Part shown: positions 48,306 through 56,995 of the stretch, one piece after another
Position numbering within the stretch: position 1 is the stretch's first letter
How the letters are laid out: each line of letters opens with the position of its first letter
Assembly (NCBI GenBank): GCA_044229975.1
Contig: JBGARZ010000013.1
Location: 64,001 to 128,000, forward strand
Direction: 5' to 3'
DNA from: Polyangiales bacterium
GTDB taxonomy: Bacteria > Myxococcota_A > Polyangia > Polyangiales > Ga0077539
Length of the DNA: 64,000 bases
The notes under the pieces: generated by a model
The model's database searches: none
Told to the model about the DNA's origin: nothing
The model's input: only the letters and a program-made list of their open reading frames with translations
Made by a program: the position numbers and the translations under genes

Positions 48306-48475
48306 GAGAGAAGCCGCAAGGACGCGAGGGTCGCAAGGGAGCCGAAGGATGAGGGGCTCGGACCGTTGGTCCTACGTCGCGAAACCTTGATCCAATACCT
48401 CGCTAGACCGACGGCTCTCTTGCCGTGAGCCTTCGTCTTCCTTGCGACCCTTGCGTCCTTGCGACTGCTTCTCTC
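48306..48475. repeat. Imperfect ~45-bp inverted repeat pair (48306-48348 and 48430-48475) with 9-bp internal periodicity; REP/MITE-like
   Basis: GAGAGAAGC-CGCAAGGACGCGAGGGTCGCAAGGGAGCCGAAGG matches the reverse complement of the downstream arm. Confidence 0.8.
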
Positions 48476-48533
48476 CCCACACGCGACGTCGCCCCCGTGA
48501 CGGCGACCTCCGCTTCTGCGACAACCGCGGCCC

Positions 48534-49745
48534 ATGCGTCGCCCGCTCCGCCTCATCGCTCTCGCCTCGCTCGTCCTCGTCGCCGGGTGCAGCATCGACT
48601 TCGACCGCTTCCTCGAAAGCCGCGTCGCCGACGCGGGCACCGCGCCCGAAGCGGGCACGCCGATGGACACTGGCGCCGTCACGCCAATGGACACGGGCAC
48701 CGTCACCCCGATGGATACCGGCACGCCGCCGCGCGACACCGGCGTCGTCACCCCGACGGACAACGGCGTCACCCCGCCGCGTGACGTTCCGGTCGGTCCG
48801 GCGACGTGCCGCGCGCCGTACCTCCTCGCCGCCGCCGAGAACCTCGACACGGGCGCCGGTCGACTGCTGCGCTGGTCCTTCGCGGACGACCGCCGCTGCG
48901 ACGACCTGGTGCTCACGATCCAGCGACCGCACGCCGTCGGCGTGGCCTACGACACCATCGCCGACCTCGGCGGCCCGCAGCTCATCGTGGTCAACGACGA
49001 GTCCGTCAGCATCGTCGACCCGACCGACGGCGCGACCATCCGCGACGTCTCGGTCGCCGGGTCTCCGCGCTCGGTCTTCGACATCGTCGCCAACGGAGAA
49101 GGCACCTTCGCCGTCGCCTACTCGGCGATGGGGGACTCGCCCCCCGGCAGCGTCGGCTCGGTGGGGGTCTTCGACCACCGCGGCGGCAACCTCCGCCTGC
49201 TGCGAACCTGGATGCGGAACGCACAGTTCGGGCTCAGCGTGATGTCGATGACCGGGTACCCGGGCAACCAGGGCCAGTACCTCCTGGTGCAGTTCGCGGA
49301 GGGCGGCAGCGGCTACTCGGCCTTCGTCACCTCCCCGACGAGCTCGGGGTTTCACCCGCGCACCACGCCCGCGCTCATCGCCGACCGGCAGAACGTCCGC
49401 GCCATCAGCGCCTACCGCACCGTCGACCGCCGCGGCCACTACGCCGTGACCATGTCCAACGGCACCGTTACCCCGACGGTCTACCTCGCCAGCACCAACG
49501 TCTCGTCGTCGTCGCTGACCAACGTCTTCGTCCCGACGGTGCGCTGCTCCGACCCCTGCCCCAACATCACCCGCGCCGTCGCCTTCCCCGACGAAAACGA
49601 CCAGGCCGCCGCCATCTGCGAGCTCACCGGCACCTCGTACACCGTGACGCGCGTCGGCGGCGCCGGCACCGGCTGCCGCATGCTCGACACCGACGCAACG
49701 CCAGGCCGCTGGCGCATCCACGACCTCGCCGTGATGACCCGCTAG
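48534..49745 (+). CDS. Lipoprotein with VTPMDTG repeats and probable beta-propeller
   Basis: VAGC lipobox; 21-bp tandem repeats at about 48657-48777. Confidence 0.75.
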   Translation: MRRPLRLIALASLVLVAGCSIDFDRFLESRVADAGTAPEAGTPMDTGAVTPMDTGTVTPMDTGTPPRDTGVVTPTDNGVTPPRDVPVGPATCRAPYLLAAAENLDTGAGRLLRWSFADDRRCDDLVLTIQRPHAVGVAYDTIADLGGPQLIVVNDESVSIVDPTDGATIRDVSVAGSPRSVFDIVANGEGTFAVAYSAMGDSPPGSVGSVGVFDHRGGNLRLLRTWMRNAQFGLSVMSMTGYPGNQGQYLLVQFAEGGSGYSAFVTSPTSSGFHPRTTPALIADRQNVRAISAYRTVDRRGHYAVTMSNGTVTPTVYLASTNVSSSSLTNVFVPTVRCSDPCPNITRAVAFPDENDQAAAICELTGTSYTVTRVGGAGTGCRMLDTDATPGRWRIHDLAVMTR

Positions 49746-49840
49746 TAGAGCCGGGCCCCCGTCGAAGGCCCTCACCAACACCCGCCGCTTCTCGCGCCCC
49801 CGGTGCTCGCGAACAACGACCGGACGCTGGGCGACTCGAC

Positions 49841-51322
49841 CTACGAGGTGCGGCGGGTGCGCTTCTTCGCGGCGACACGCACGCGCGTGGTGGGGGCGTT
49901 CTTCCAGAGGCGCTCGTAGGCGCGGAAGGTCTCTGCCGGTCGACGGAGCGGATGGCTCACACGGTAGAGCTCATCGAAGATCACGTCGGCGACGAGAGCG
50001 GGCTCGGCGTTCCAGAGGCGAGCGCGGCCGAAGGTCAGCGCGATGGGACCCATGTCGCCCCGAAGCACCAGGAGCAGGTCAGAGGCCCAGCATTCGAGGC
50101 CCAGGAGATAGGCGCTCTCGGGGTCGTCGACGTCGACGCGGCGGAAGACGCACGCGGACGGCACGTACTCGAACACATGCCGGCGCGCCCCGTCGCGGAG
50201 CGCAAACGCAAAGGTCGGCCGGCGCCCCTCGGACTCGCCCGCCATCATGGAATAGAGGTACCGAAAAAGCGGACCGCCCACCAGCGCGCAGGCGAGCTCA
50301 TGGAGTCCTTCTTCGATGCGCCGGAGGTCACCGCGGCCGAGCGCAGGTGCTCCGCTCGCGGGTGCAAAATCCGGGAGCGGGCCGAGGTGGGCTGGCTCGC
50401 GCGAAGGCCAGACGTCGCGCGGCTCGGTCGCGAGAAAGTCGGTCGACGCGTCGACGCGCACGAGCCGATGGCCCTCCATCCAGAACGTCTGCCCAGGGAG
50501 TGTGGAGACGAACTTCTCGCGCGGATGGGCGCGCTCGAGCAATGCGCAGGCGCGATCGCAGTCGATGGGAAACACGCGCCGATTGAGCCACGCCCGCTCG
50601 CCGTAGAACGAGAACCCGCCCGCGCACAGCAGCGTCGCGGCGGGCCGTCCCCACGTCGCGCGAACGAGCTCGCGACCGACCCCCATCCGCGCCGCGCACG
50701 CCTCCGTGCTGCCGCTCATCTCGTCGACGAAGTCGGTCATGTGACTCCAGTCGAGGGCGTTGTTGGTCCAGGTGACCAGCCCCGGCTTCGCGAGCACGCC
50801 CTTGGCGAGGAGGAGGTGACGCTCGGTCGGTGTGATGTCGACCATCGAGAAGAAACTCCCGGCGCCGCCCGCGTCGCGCACGAGCAGCGGGAGCGTGTCC
50901 CATTCGTCGCCGCAGTCGACGTTCACGTGATCTCCGGCCAGCGGGATGACCTCCAGATCGTCGAAGGTGACGGGCACCCCAGGCTCGAGCGGCACCACCC
51001 GGAACCCCATCTCGCGAAGGATGCGGTGCGCGGCGCTCGACGAGCGGGCGGACAGATGGACGGGGATCTTGCGGCTCAGCCGGGCGAGGGACGGAATGTC
51101 GAAATGGTCGTCGTGCTCGTGCGTGAGCACCACCGCATCCAGCGCGGGGAAGCGTGCGAGGTCGAGCCGCCGGGGCGGAAACACCCGGTACTCGAGCGCA
51201 TGCTGCGCGCCGAAGTGCTCGCACAGCAGCGGGTCGACCGCGACGCACGCGCGATCGGAGCGAAAGAGCCAACCCTGATGACCGAGAAACGTGACGGCGA
51301 ACACGGGCGCGCATGGTGCCAC
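49841..51322 (-). CDS. MBL-fold metallo-hydrolase with C-terminal extension
   Basis: FLGHQGW, VDPLL, THEHDDHFD; start approximate. Confidence 0.82.
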   Translation of the reverse strand: MAPCAPVFAVTFLGHQGWLFRSDRACVAVDPLLCEHFGAQHALEYRVFPPRRLDLARFPALDAVVLTHEHDDHFDIPSLARLSRKIPVHLSARSSSAAHRILREMGFRVVPLEPGVPVTFDDLEVIPLAGDHVNVDCGDEWDTLPLLVRDAGGAGSFFSMVDITPTERHLLLAKGVLAKPGLVTWTNNALDWSHMTDFVDEMSGSTEACAARMGVGRELVRATWGRPAATLLCAGGFSFYGERAWLNRRVFPIDCDRACALLERAHPREKFVSTLPGQTFWMEGHRLVRVDASTDFLATEPRDVWPSREPAHLGPLPDFAPASGAPALGRGDLRRIEEGLHELACALVGGPLFRYLYSMMAGESEGRRPTFAFALRDGARRHVFEYVPSACVFRRVDVDDPESAYLLGLECWASDLLLVLRGDMGPIALTFGRARLWNAEPALVADVIFDELYRVSHPLRRPAETFRAYERLWKNAPTTRVRVAAKKRTRRTS

Positions 51323-51389
51323 GAACCGTCGCGCGCGGTTCGAGGGGAGTGCCTTCACCTCGATGGGCTCCTTGGTAATTTCACGTCCT

Positions 51390-51869
51390 GTGAGCCTGAA
51401 CCTCAAGACCGAGACCGAGCGTGTGGTCGACGTCCTCCAGCGAGCCGAGGTCGACTTTGCGATCTGCGGCGGCATCGCGGTCACGATGCATGGCGCGCCC
51501 CGGTTCACCCGCCACATCGACCTGTTGATTCGTGCGGAGGACGAGCCGCGAGCCATCGTCGCCGTCGCGCGAGCGGGCTTCGACCTCCCCGCCGATCCGA
51601 TGGTGTTCGATGCAAGCGGCCCCCTCGAAGGTCGCATCCTTCGGGTCTCCAAGGCGGAGGGCTCCGACCTCCTCACGCTCGCCCTCATCGTCGCGTCGCC
51701 CAGCTTCGAGGACGTGTGGAGCACGCGGGTGTTGGTCGAGTGGGAAGGTCGAAGGGTTCCGGTCGTGTCGGTCGAAGGACTGATCCCGATGAAGCGCGTC
51801 GCGGGTCGCCCGCAGGACCTCGTCGACATCGACAACCTGTCCGCACTGACCGCGACACCGGAGGAGTGA
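51390..51869 (+). CDS. Minimal nucleotidyltransferase-fold protein (TA-type) with altered catalytic motif
   Basis: CGGIAV..HG.PRFTRHIDLL and MKRVAGRPQDLVDI. Confidence 0.78.
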   Translation: MSLNLKTETERVVDVLQRAEVDFAICGGIAVTMHGAPRFTRHIDLLIRAEDEPRAIVAVARAGFDLPADPMVFDASGPLEGRILRVSKAEGSDLLTLALIVASPSFEDVWSTRVLVEWEGRRVPVVSVEGLIPMKRVAGRPQDLVDIDNLSALTATPEE

Positions 51870-51871
51870 CC

Positions 51872-52045
51872 ATGGCATCGCGCACCGTCGACATGTCCCC
51901 GGCGGCGATCTCGCGACGCCTCGAAGAGCTCGCCCAGCTCTACGAGATGGCCCGCTCGCTCAAGCGCGCACGGGTGATCGGTCCGCTGCGGTCGGCCGTC
52001 GCGGAGGCCGCTCCTGCGCTCGCAGCGGAGGACGAGACGACGTGA
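51872..52045 (+). CDS. Small helical partner protein of the nucleotidyltransferase
   Basis: MASRTVDMSPAAISRRLEELAQLY; GGAGGAG RBS. Confidence 0.65.
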   Translation: MASRTVDMSPAAISRRLEELAQLYEMARSLKRARVIGPLRSAVAEAAPALAAEDETT

Positions 52046-52052
52046 CCGCGGA

Positions 52053-52175
52053 CGCCCAGACTGCGAAGTTCACCCGCAAGCGGGCGACCTCGAGCTCATG
52101 CTCATAGGAGATCCAACGGGGGAGGCTTGCGAGCACAGATCCACCGGAGGTTACAGATCGCCCAGACCGCGAAGT
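52053..52175. repeat. 17-bp direct repeat CGCCCAGACYGCGAAGT (52053-52069 and 52159-52175)
   Basis: 16 of 17 positions identical. Confidence 0.75.
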
Positions 52176-52234
52176 GCCCCTCTCCGTGACGTGCGGCGGG
52201 AGCTCTACGCGCAGTCGTTGGAGAGCTCGCTGGC

Positions 52235-52502
52235 GCTGGAGGTAGGGAAGCTGCTGCTCGACGCCGAGCCAGTCGCCGCCCTGGTAGCGGCCGAGCGAGC
52301 TGCGGTCGACGCGCACGTCGTTGCCCGTGTCGCCGTTGGCGAAGCGGTCGACCAGGAGCTGGTAGATGACCTCGTCGCGCCAGTCGTCGACGTGGGTCGC
52401 GAGCGGCTGCTACGTGTAGTCGTCGAGGTCGCCGAGGCACGACGTCCCGCGGAGCAGCGCGCCGATCATTCCCACCGTCGCGAAGAGTCCTCGGCGCCTC
52501 AC
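52235..52502 (-). pseudogene. Truncated GH13 alpha-amylase lipoprotein (N-terminus only, with in-frame TAG at 52410-52412)
   Basis: THVDDWRDEVIYQLLVDRFANGD...YQGGDWLGVEQQLPYL. Confidence 0.82.
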
Positions 52503-52551
52503 GCCGTCGAACGCAACCCGCGGGGGGAGAGCGGGGGAAGCATCGACGCGC

Positions 52552-52965
52552 TCAGCGAACCGCGGCCCCGTAGCGCTCGACGATCTCCTGCGCGAGGCGA
52601 CGCAGCAGCGCGCCGCCTCCGGTGTTCAGGTGCAGCTCCAGTCCGGGGATGAGCACCACGCGCTCCCACGCCTCTCCCGCGAAGGTCGCGACGGGCGGCG
52701 CGGTGGTCGCGGGGACGACCGGCGCGGGGACCTCGGCCGCCAGCCGCTGACGGATCTTCCCGAGCGAGAGGTGTTGATCGCGCAGCTTCACGATGGCCAG
52801 GAGGCGTTCGCGGTGCCCCGCCGGGTAGCGTGTCGCCGGGCCGCGTCGCTCGGGCGGGGCGATGACGCCCGCGTGCGTCCACCGGCGCAGGGTGCGGCGA
52901 GAGACGCCGGTCCCCTTCACCAGCTCATCGAAGCTCAGCGTCGGCGGCGGGACAGCGGCGGTCAT
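52552..52965 (-). CDS. Small MerR-family HTH protein
   Basis: ELVKGTGVSRRTLRRW...GVIAPP...RY...LSLGKIR; C-terminal WERVVLIPGLELHL. Confidence 0.87.
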   Translation of the reverse strand: MTAAVPPPTLSFDELVKGTGVSRRTLRRWTHAGVIAPPERRGPATRYPAGHRERLLAIVKLRDQHLSLGKIRQRLAAEVPAPVVPATTAPPVATFAGEAWERVVLIPGLELHLNTGGGALLRRLAQEIVERYGAAVR

Positions 52966-52984
52966 CGGGCGATGTCACCCGGAG

Positions 52985-53211
52985 GGGGCAATCGAGGTCA
53001 ACCCTTGAGATTGCGAGGCCAAGGGAGAGCCTATCAAGGACAACCATGCGGCTAGCGACGTCGTTCGGAAGCCTATTTAGGACAAGCACAACGATCGCAC
53101 CGTCGCTTTCGAGGCTATTCAGGTCACCAAGCAGGATACCGAAGGTACAAATGGAGCCCATCCAGGTCACACATGGCCTTCCGGTGGACATTCTCGAAGC
53201 AATCGAGGTCG
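52985..53211. repeat. Six-copy array of a 16-bp motif (approx. RRRSCHATYNAGGWCR) at 42-43-bp period with non-identical spacers
   Basis: Copies start at 52985, 53027, 53069, 53111, 53154, 53196. Confidence 0.85.
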
Positions 53212-53468
53212 CTCCTTGGCCTGGTCGACCCGCGCCACGACCACGACGTCGACCGGCGCCGTGCGCCTCGGCTGGGCACCCGCAGGAGCGACGTCGAGCG
53301 CGGCGGTGAGCACCAGCGCGCGTGCCGTAGAGATCGTCGGTGGCGGCGCCGACAAGCGTCGCGGAATGGTCGCGCTTGTGATCGACCTGCACCCCTTCGC
53401 ACGCTCCCGGTCGCAGCGGAGGCGCGCGACGACGGGGCGTGCGACGACTGCGTGCGGAGGTCAATGCC

Positions 53469-54473
53469 ATGCACGTTGCGGTCTGGTCACGGGCGGTCGT
53501 CGTCGGGTCCATCGGGGTCGCGCTGGTCGCGATGCTCGGAACGCTGTGCTTCGAGGCGAGCGCGGACAGCGCGTCGTCGCCGACCTTCGGGGATCGCGCA
53601 TGGCTGGCGGAGGCGGACGACGTTCCGCTCGACCGATACCGCTCGTGGCGCGAGGTGATCGGCGAGCCGTCTCCGTCGGAGTGTGATCACCAGGGGACCA
53701 GCGGCTCGGCGCACTATCACGACGACGTGACGACGTGCCGCGGGACGCTGGGCCTGCTGCGCTTCGTCGACACCCGGTTCAGCTCGGGCGGGACCCACGG
53801 AGGTGGCAGCTCCCGCGCGCTCACCCTCGAACGCTCCTCCGAGCCGTGCGAGGTGTCCTGGTCCCGCACGGACTTCGGCGTTCCGTCCCCGTATCAGAGC
53901 TCGTGGGGCGGTGGCGGCGACCTGCTCTACGCGCACGATCGGATCCGTGACCTGCACCGCTATCGCTGCGTGATCTCGGGCGGGCGCAACGCGTCGGTCC
54001 CGTGGACGCTGTCGATCTACGGGCCCGGCTCGCGGGTGGCCGCGAGGTGGAGGGCGTCGCGCCCGTTGGTTCCGTACGAGCGTCTCGGCGCGGTTGCGCT
54101 GCTTGTACTCGCGATGGCCATCCTGGCCCGCCAGGAGCGGCGCAACCGGTCGAGCGCGCTCGCGTGGCAGGAGGCGACGCGCGGCACAGACGGCGTGCTG
54201 CGGCTCGGAGAGGTCGCCGTGCAGACGGGCGTGGGGGATGACTGCGTGACGACGGCCGCCGCGGTGTGCGTAGTCGTCCCCGAGGAGCCGGAGACCGGGA
54301 TCTATCGGGCCGCCGCGACCGTCACGCCCACGCATGCGCGGGTCGGATCGCTCGACGCTCTCCGACGGGAACATCGGCGCGATTGCCGCGTGAGTGCGAT
54401 CGCCGTGGTGGGGTTCGCCGCGGCGTCGCTGGTGTTGTCCGCGTGGCTGATCGCCGTGTCGCTACGCGTGTAG
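53469..54473 (+). CDS. Hypothetical membrane protein
   Basis: Three hydrophobic segments; GIYR motif. Confidence 0.55.
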   Translation: MHVAVWSRAVVVGSIGVALVAMLGTLCFEASADSASSPTFGDRAWLAEADDVPLDRYRSWREVIGEPSPSECDHQGTSGSAHYHDDVTTCRGTLGLLRFVDTRFSSGGTHGGGSSRALTLERSSEPCEVSWSRTDFGVPSPYQSSWGGGGDLLYAHDRIRDLHRYRCVISGGRNASVPWTLSIYGPGSRVAARWRASRPLVPYERLGAVALLVLAMAILARQERRNRSSALAWQEATRGTDGVLRLGEVAVQTGVGDDCVTTAAAVCVVVPEEPETGIYRAAATVTPTHARVGSLDALRREHRRDCRVSAIAVVGFAAASLVLSAWLIAVSLRV

Positions 54474-54850
54474 CGACGCCCTGCTTGACGGAAGCGAGGC
54501 ACCGTCGGTGGAGACGCCGAGGTGCTCCACCAAGCAAACGATCCCCGCCCGCTCGGTGAGCGCGACGATCATCCTCATCCGCCCGCCGCACCCCGAGGCA
54601 CGCCAGGGCGTCGACCCCCACACTCGCCACAACAGGCGTGCCCACTTGATGCGCGCGCTCCGCTGGCTCTCTCCATCGGGTCCACCGACGCGGTCGTTCG
54701 GCAGCTCTCCCCCGGGCGTCCCGGCCTTCGCTTCTCCCAGCACGGGCGTCGTCGGCGCCGCCACCACCACGCGAGGGCACCCCTGCGCCAGGGGCGGCAA
54801 CGGCACCACCGCGACGCGCCAGGGAGAGTTCGCTCCGGGTGAGGCGCATT
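54462..54850 (-). mobile_element. Degenerate IS91-like (Y2) transposase C-terminal remnant
   Basis: ANSPWRVAVVP...IKWARLLWRVW, frameshifted VDALAC / GCGGRMRMIVALTE...EHLG. Confidence 0.72.
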
Positions 54851-55021
54851 GGGCTGGCCTGTCGAAGGTGTGCGCGACGCCAGGACGAGGCAGAGGCACT
54901 CGGACGTCCCGCCCGCTCTCTCTTCGCTTCGTCGCCGATGAGGGCGTGTCGTTGACGCCTACGCCCACTCCCAACTGGCGTGTCGCCGCCGCCGGGTGCA
55001 TCGTCCCCGTCGCCGCCCGCG

Positions 55022-56995
55022 ATGCCTGACGCTGCCGCAGATCTCGCCGTCCTCGCCGTCGCCGCCCGCCGCGTCCGCTGGCAACGCGCCCTGCACACCG
55101 CCGCGGCCCTCAGCCCCGTCGCGCTCACCGCCTCCGTCGCGCTGGTGCTGCTCACCCGCCTCCGCGTGCTCCACCTCGCGCACCCGGTCGCCATCGCCCT
55201 CGCGCCCGCCGCGCTTCCGCTGGTCGGCGCGCTCGTCCACGCGCTCCTCCGGGTGTCTCCGCTCGACGCCGCGCGGCGGCTCGACGCCCACCATCAGCTC
55301 CACGATCGCCTCGGCATCGCGTGGCAGTTTCGCCAGCAGCCCACCGACTCGCGAACGCCCTTCATGCAGGCCGCCATCGACGACGCCGTCACGCACGCTC
55401 GCGGCGTCGACGTCCGGGCCGCGCTCCCGTGGCGCGTCCCCGGTGAGCTGAGTGTGGTCGCCGCGCTCGTGGTGCTGCTGGTGCTCGTCGCGCGGGTCCC
55501 CGTCCCCTCACGAACGCCACCGCGAGCCGCGCGCCCTGCTCCGACGACCTTCGCGCGAGACGCGGCCGAGCTCCACGACGACGACCTCGCCGCCTTCCGC
55601 GAGGCCGCGCGTCAGCTCGAAGCGCAGGCCCGCACCGACGACGCACGGCGCGGCGTCGAGCAGTTCAACCGGCTCCTCGACGACCTCGCGCATCGGCGAC
55701 TCGACCGCGACGAGGCCTTCCGTCGCCTCGCCGCGTTGCAGGAGTCGCTCACCGCGCAGGACGCCGCGGCGGGGCAACGGGTGACCGAGGCGCTGCGCAC
55801 GCTCGGCGACGAGATGAACCCCCGTGACGCCGCCACGCGACGGCTCACCGAGGCGCTGCGACGAGGCGACGCGGGCGCGGCCTCCGAGGCGATGCGCGAG
55901 CTCGCGCAGTCCGCGCGCGAGGGGACCATGACCCCGCAGCAGCGGCAGCAGACGGCGCAGGCGCTCCAGCGGGCGGCCGAGGCGCAGCCCGACACCGAGG
56001 CGCTGCGACGGCAGGTCGAGCAGGCGCGGCGCGAGGTGGAGGAGATGCTCCGTCAGCAGCGGGAGCGCGCGCTCAACCAGCAGGAGGAGTCGCTGCTGCG
56101 ACGGCGACAGCGCGAGGCCGAGCGGCTCACGGGCGAGCAGCAGCGCCGGGAAGAACAACGGCGCGAGGCCGAGCACCTGCAACGCGAGCTCAACCAGGCG
56201 GCGCAGGACCTCGCGCGCGACCTGCAGCAGGCAGGCGTCGACCTCCAGCGCGGCGCCGAGGAACTCTCACGGATGCACGACGAGCAGCAGTCGCAGCGCT
56301 CGACCGAGGAGCTTCGCCAGCAGCTCGAACAGCTCCGCGAGCTGATGCGCCAGCAGCGCGGTCAGGGCGGGCAGCAGCAGCGCATGCGGCTCCAACAGTT
56401 TTCGCGCAACGCCGGCGGCCAACGCGGGCAACAGGGACGCGGGCAGCAGGGACAGGGACAGGCGGGACAAGGGCAACCGCAGCCCGGGCAGGGTCAGTCG
56501 GGGCAGCCCGGGCAACAGGGACAGGGAGTCGGAGAAGGGCAGGGCCAGCCGGGAGCGGGGCAGCCTGGGCAACAGGGCAACGGTCCGCCGCAGGGCCTGG
56601 CCCTCGGTGCGGGCGGGAGCGGCGGTGTCGCGCTGCCAGTACCAAGTGCGGGTGGCAACCAACCGGGAGGCAGCCAACCCGGCGGCGAGGGTCGCGACCC
56701 CGGTGGGCAGGGCGCGGGTGCACAGCACGACGAGAACCTCCGCGGCGCGGCCATCGACCCGCTGTCACGCACGCAGGCGGTGCAGGTGCAGGGGCAGCAG
56801 ACGGGCAACGGGCCGTCGCGCTCGCAGGTGATTCGCACGGCGGCGGGGTCGGGCTTCGCGAGCCGTCCATACCAGCAGGTGTATTCGCCGTACTGGGATC
56901 GGGCGCGCGAGGTGTTGCACCAGGGCGAGGTTCCGCCGGGGTTTCGGTCTTATGTAAGAAGGTATTTCCAGCTCATCCGACCGAGGGAGGAATGA
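55022..56995 (+). CDS. Membrane-anchored coiled-coil protein with Gly/Gln-rich tail (MoxR-cluster associated)
   Basis: N-terminal TMs, LHDRL, long coiled coil, ends VPPGFRSYVRRYF. Confidence 0.8.
   Translation: MPDAAADLAVLAVAARRVRWQRALHTAAALSPVALTASVALVLLTRLRVLHLAHPVAIALAPAALPLVGALVHALLRVSPLDAARRLDAHHQLHDRLGIAWQFRQQPTDSRTPFMQAAIDDAVTHARGVDVRAALPWRVPGELSVVAALVVLLVLVARVPVPSRTPPRAARPAPTTFARDAAELHDDDLAAFREAARQLEAQARTDDARRGVEQFNRLLDDLAHRRLDRDEAFRRLAALQESLTAQDAAAGQRVTEALRTLGDEMNPRDAATRRLTEALRRGDAGAASEAMRELAQSAREGTMTPQQRQQTAQALQRAAEAQPDTEALRRQVEQARREVEEMLRQQRERALNQQEESLLRRRQREAERLTGEQQRREEQRREAEHLQRELNQAAQDLARDLQQAGVDLQRGAEELSRMHDEQQSQRSTEELRQQLEQLRELMRQQRGQGGQQQRMRLQQFSRNAGGQRGQQGRGQQGQGQAGQGQPQPGQGQSGQPGQQGQGVGEGQGQPGAGQPGQQGNGPPQGLALGAGGSGGVALPVPSAGGNQPGGSQPGGEGRDPGGQGAGAQHDENLRGAAIDPLSRTQAVQVQGQQTGNGPSRSQVIRTAAGSGFASRPYQQVYSPYWDRAREVLHQGEVPPGFRSYVRRYFQLIRPREE

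Noticed and set aside
52111..52157. Integron attC-like ATCCAAC...GTTACAG
   Set aside because: The right core does not fit GTTRRRY, pairing is poor, and there is no integrase
11383..52412. Genome-wide TAG recoding suggested by two in-frame ambers
   Set aside because: Many intact genes end at TAG, and the amylase is truncated anyway
52985..53211. CRISPR or TIGR call for the 42-bp array
   Set aside because: Repeats are short and degenerate, and there is no cas or Nop-domain gene in the window; kept as an unclassified array
53167..53355. Possible VWA N-terminal remnant (PVDVVVV) upstream of the array
   Set aside because: No DxSxS motif follows; too short to support
56350..56720. GQ-rich DNA repeats
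   Set aside because: Low-complexity coding linker, not an independent element
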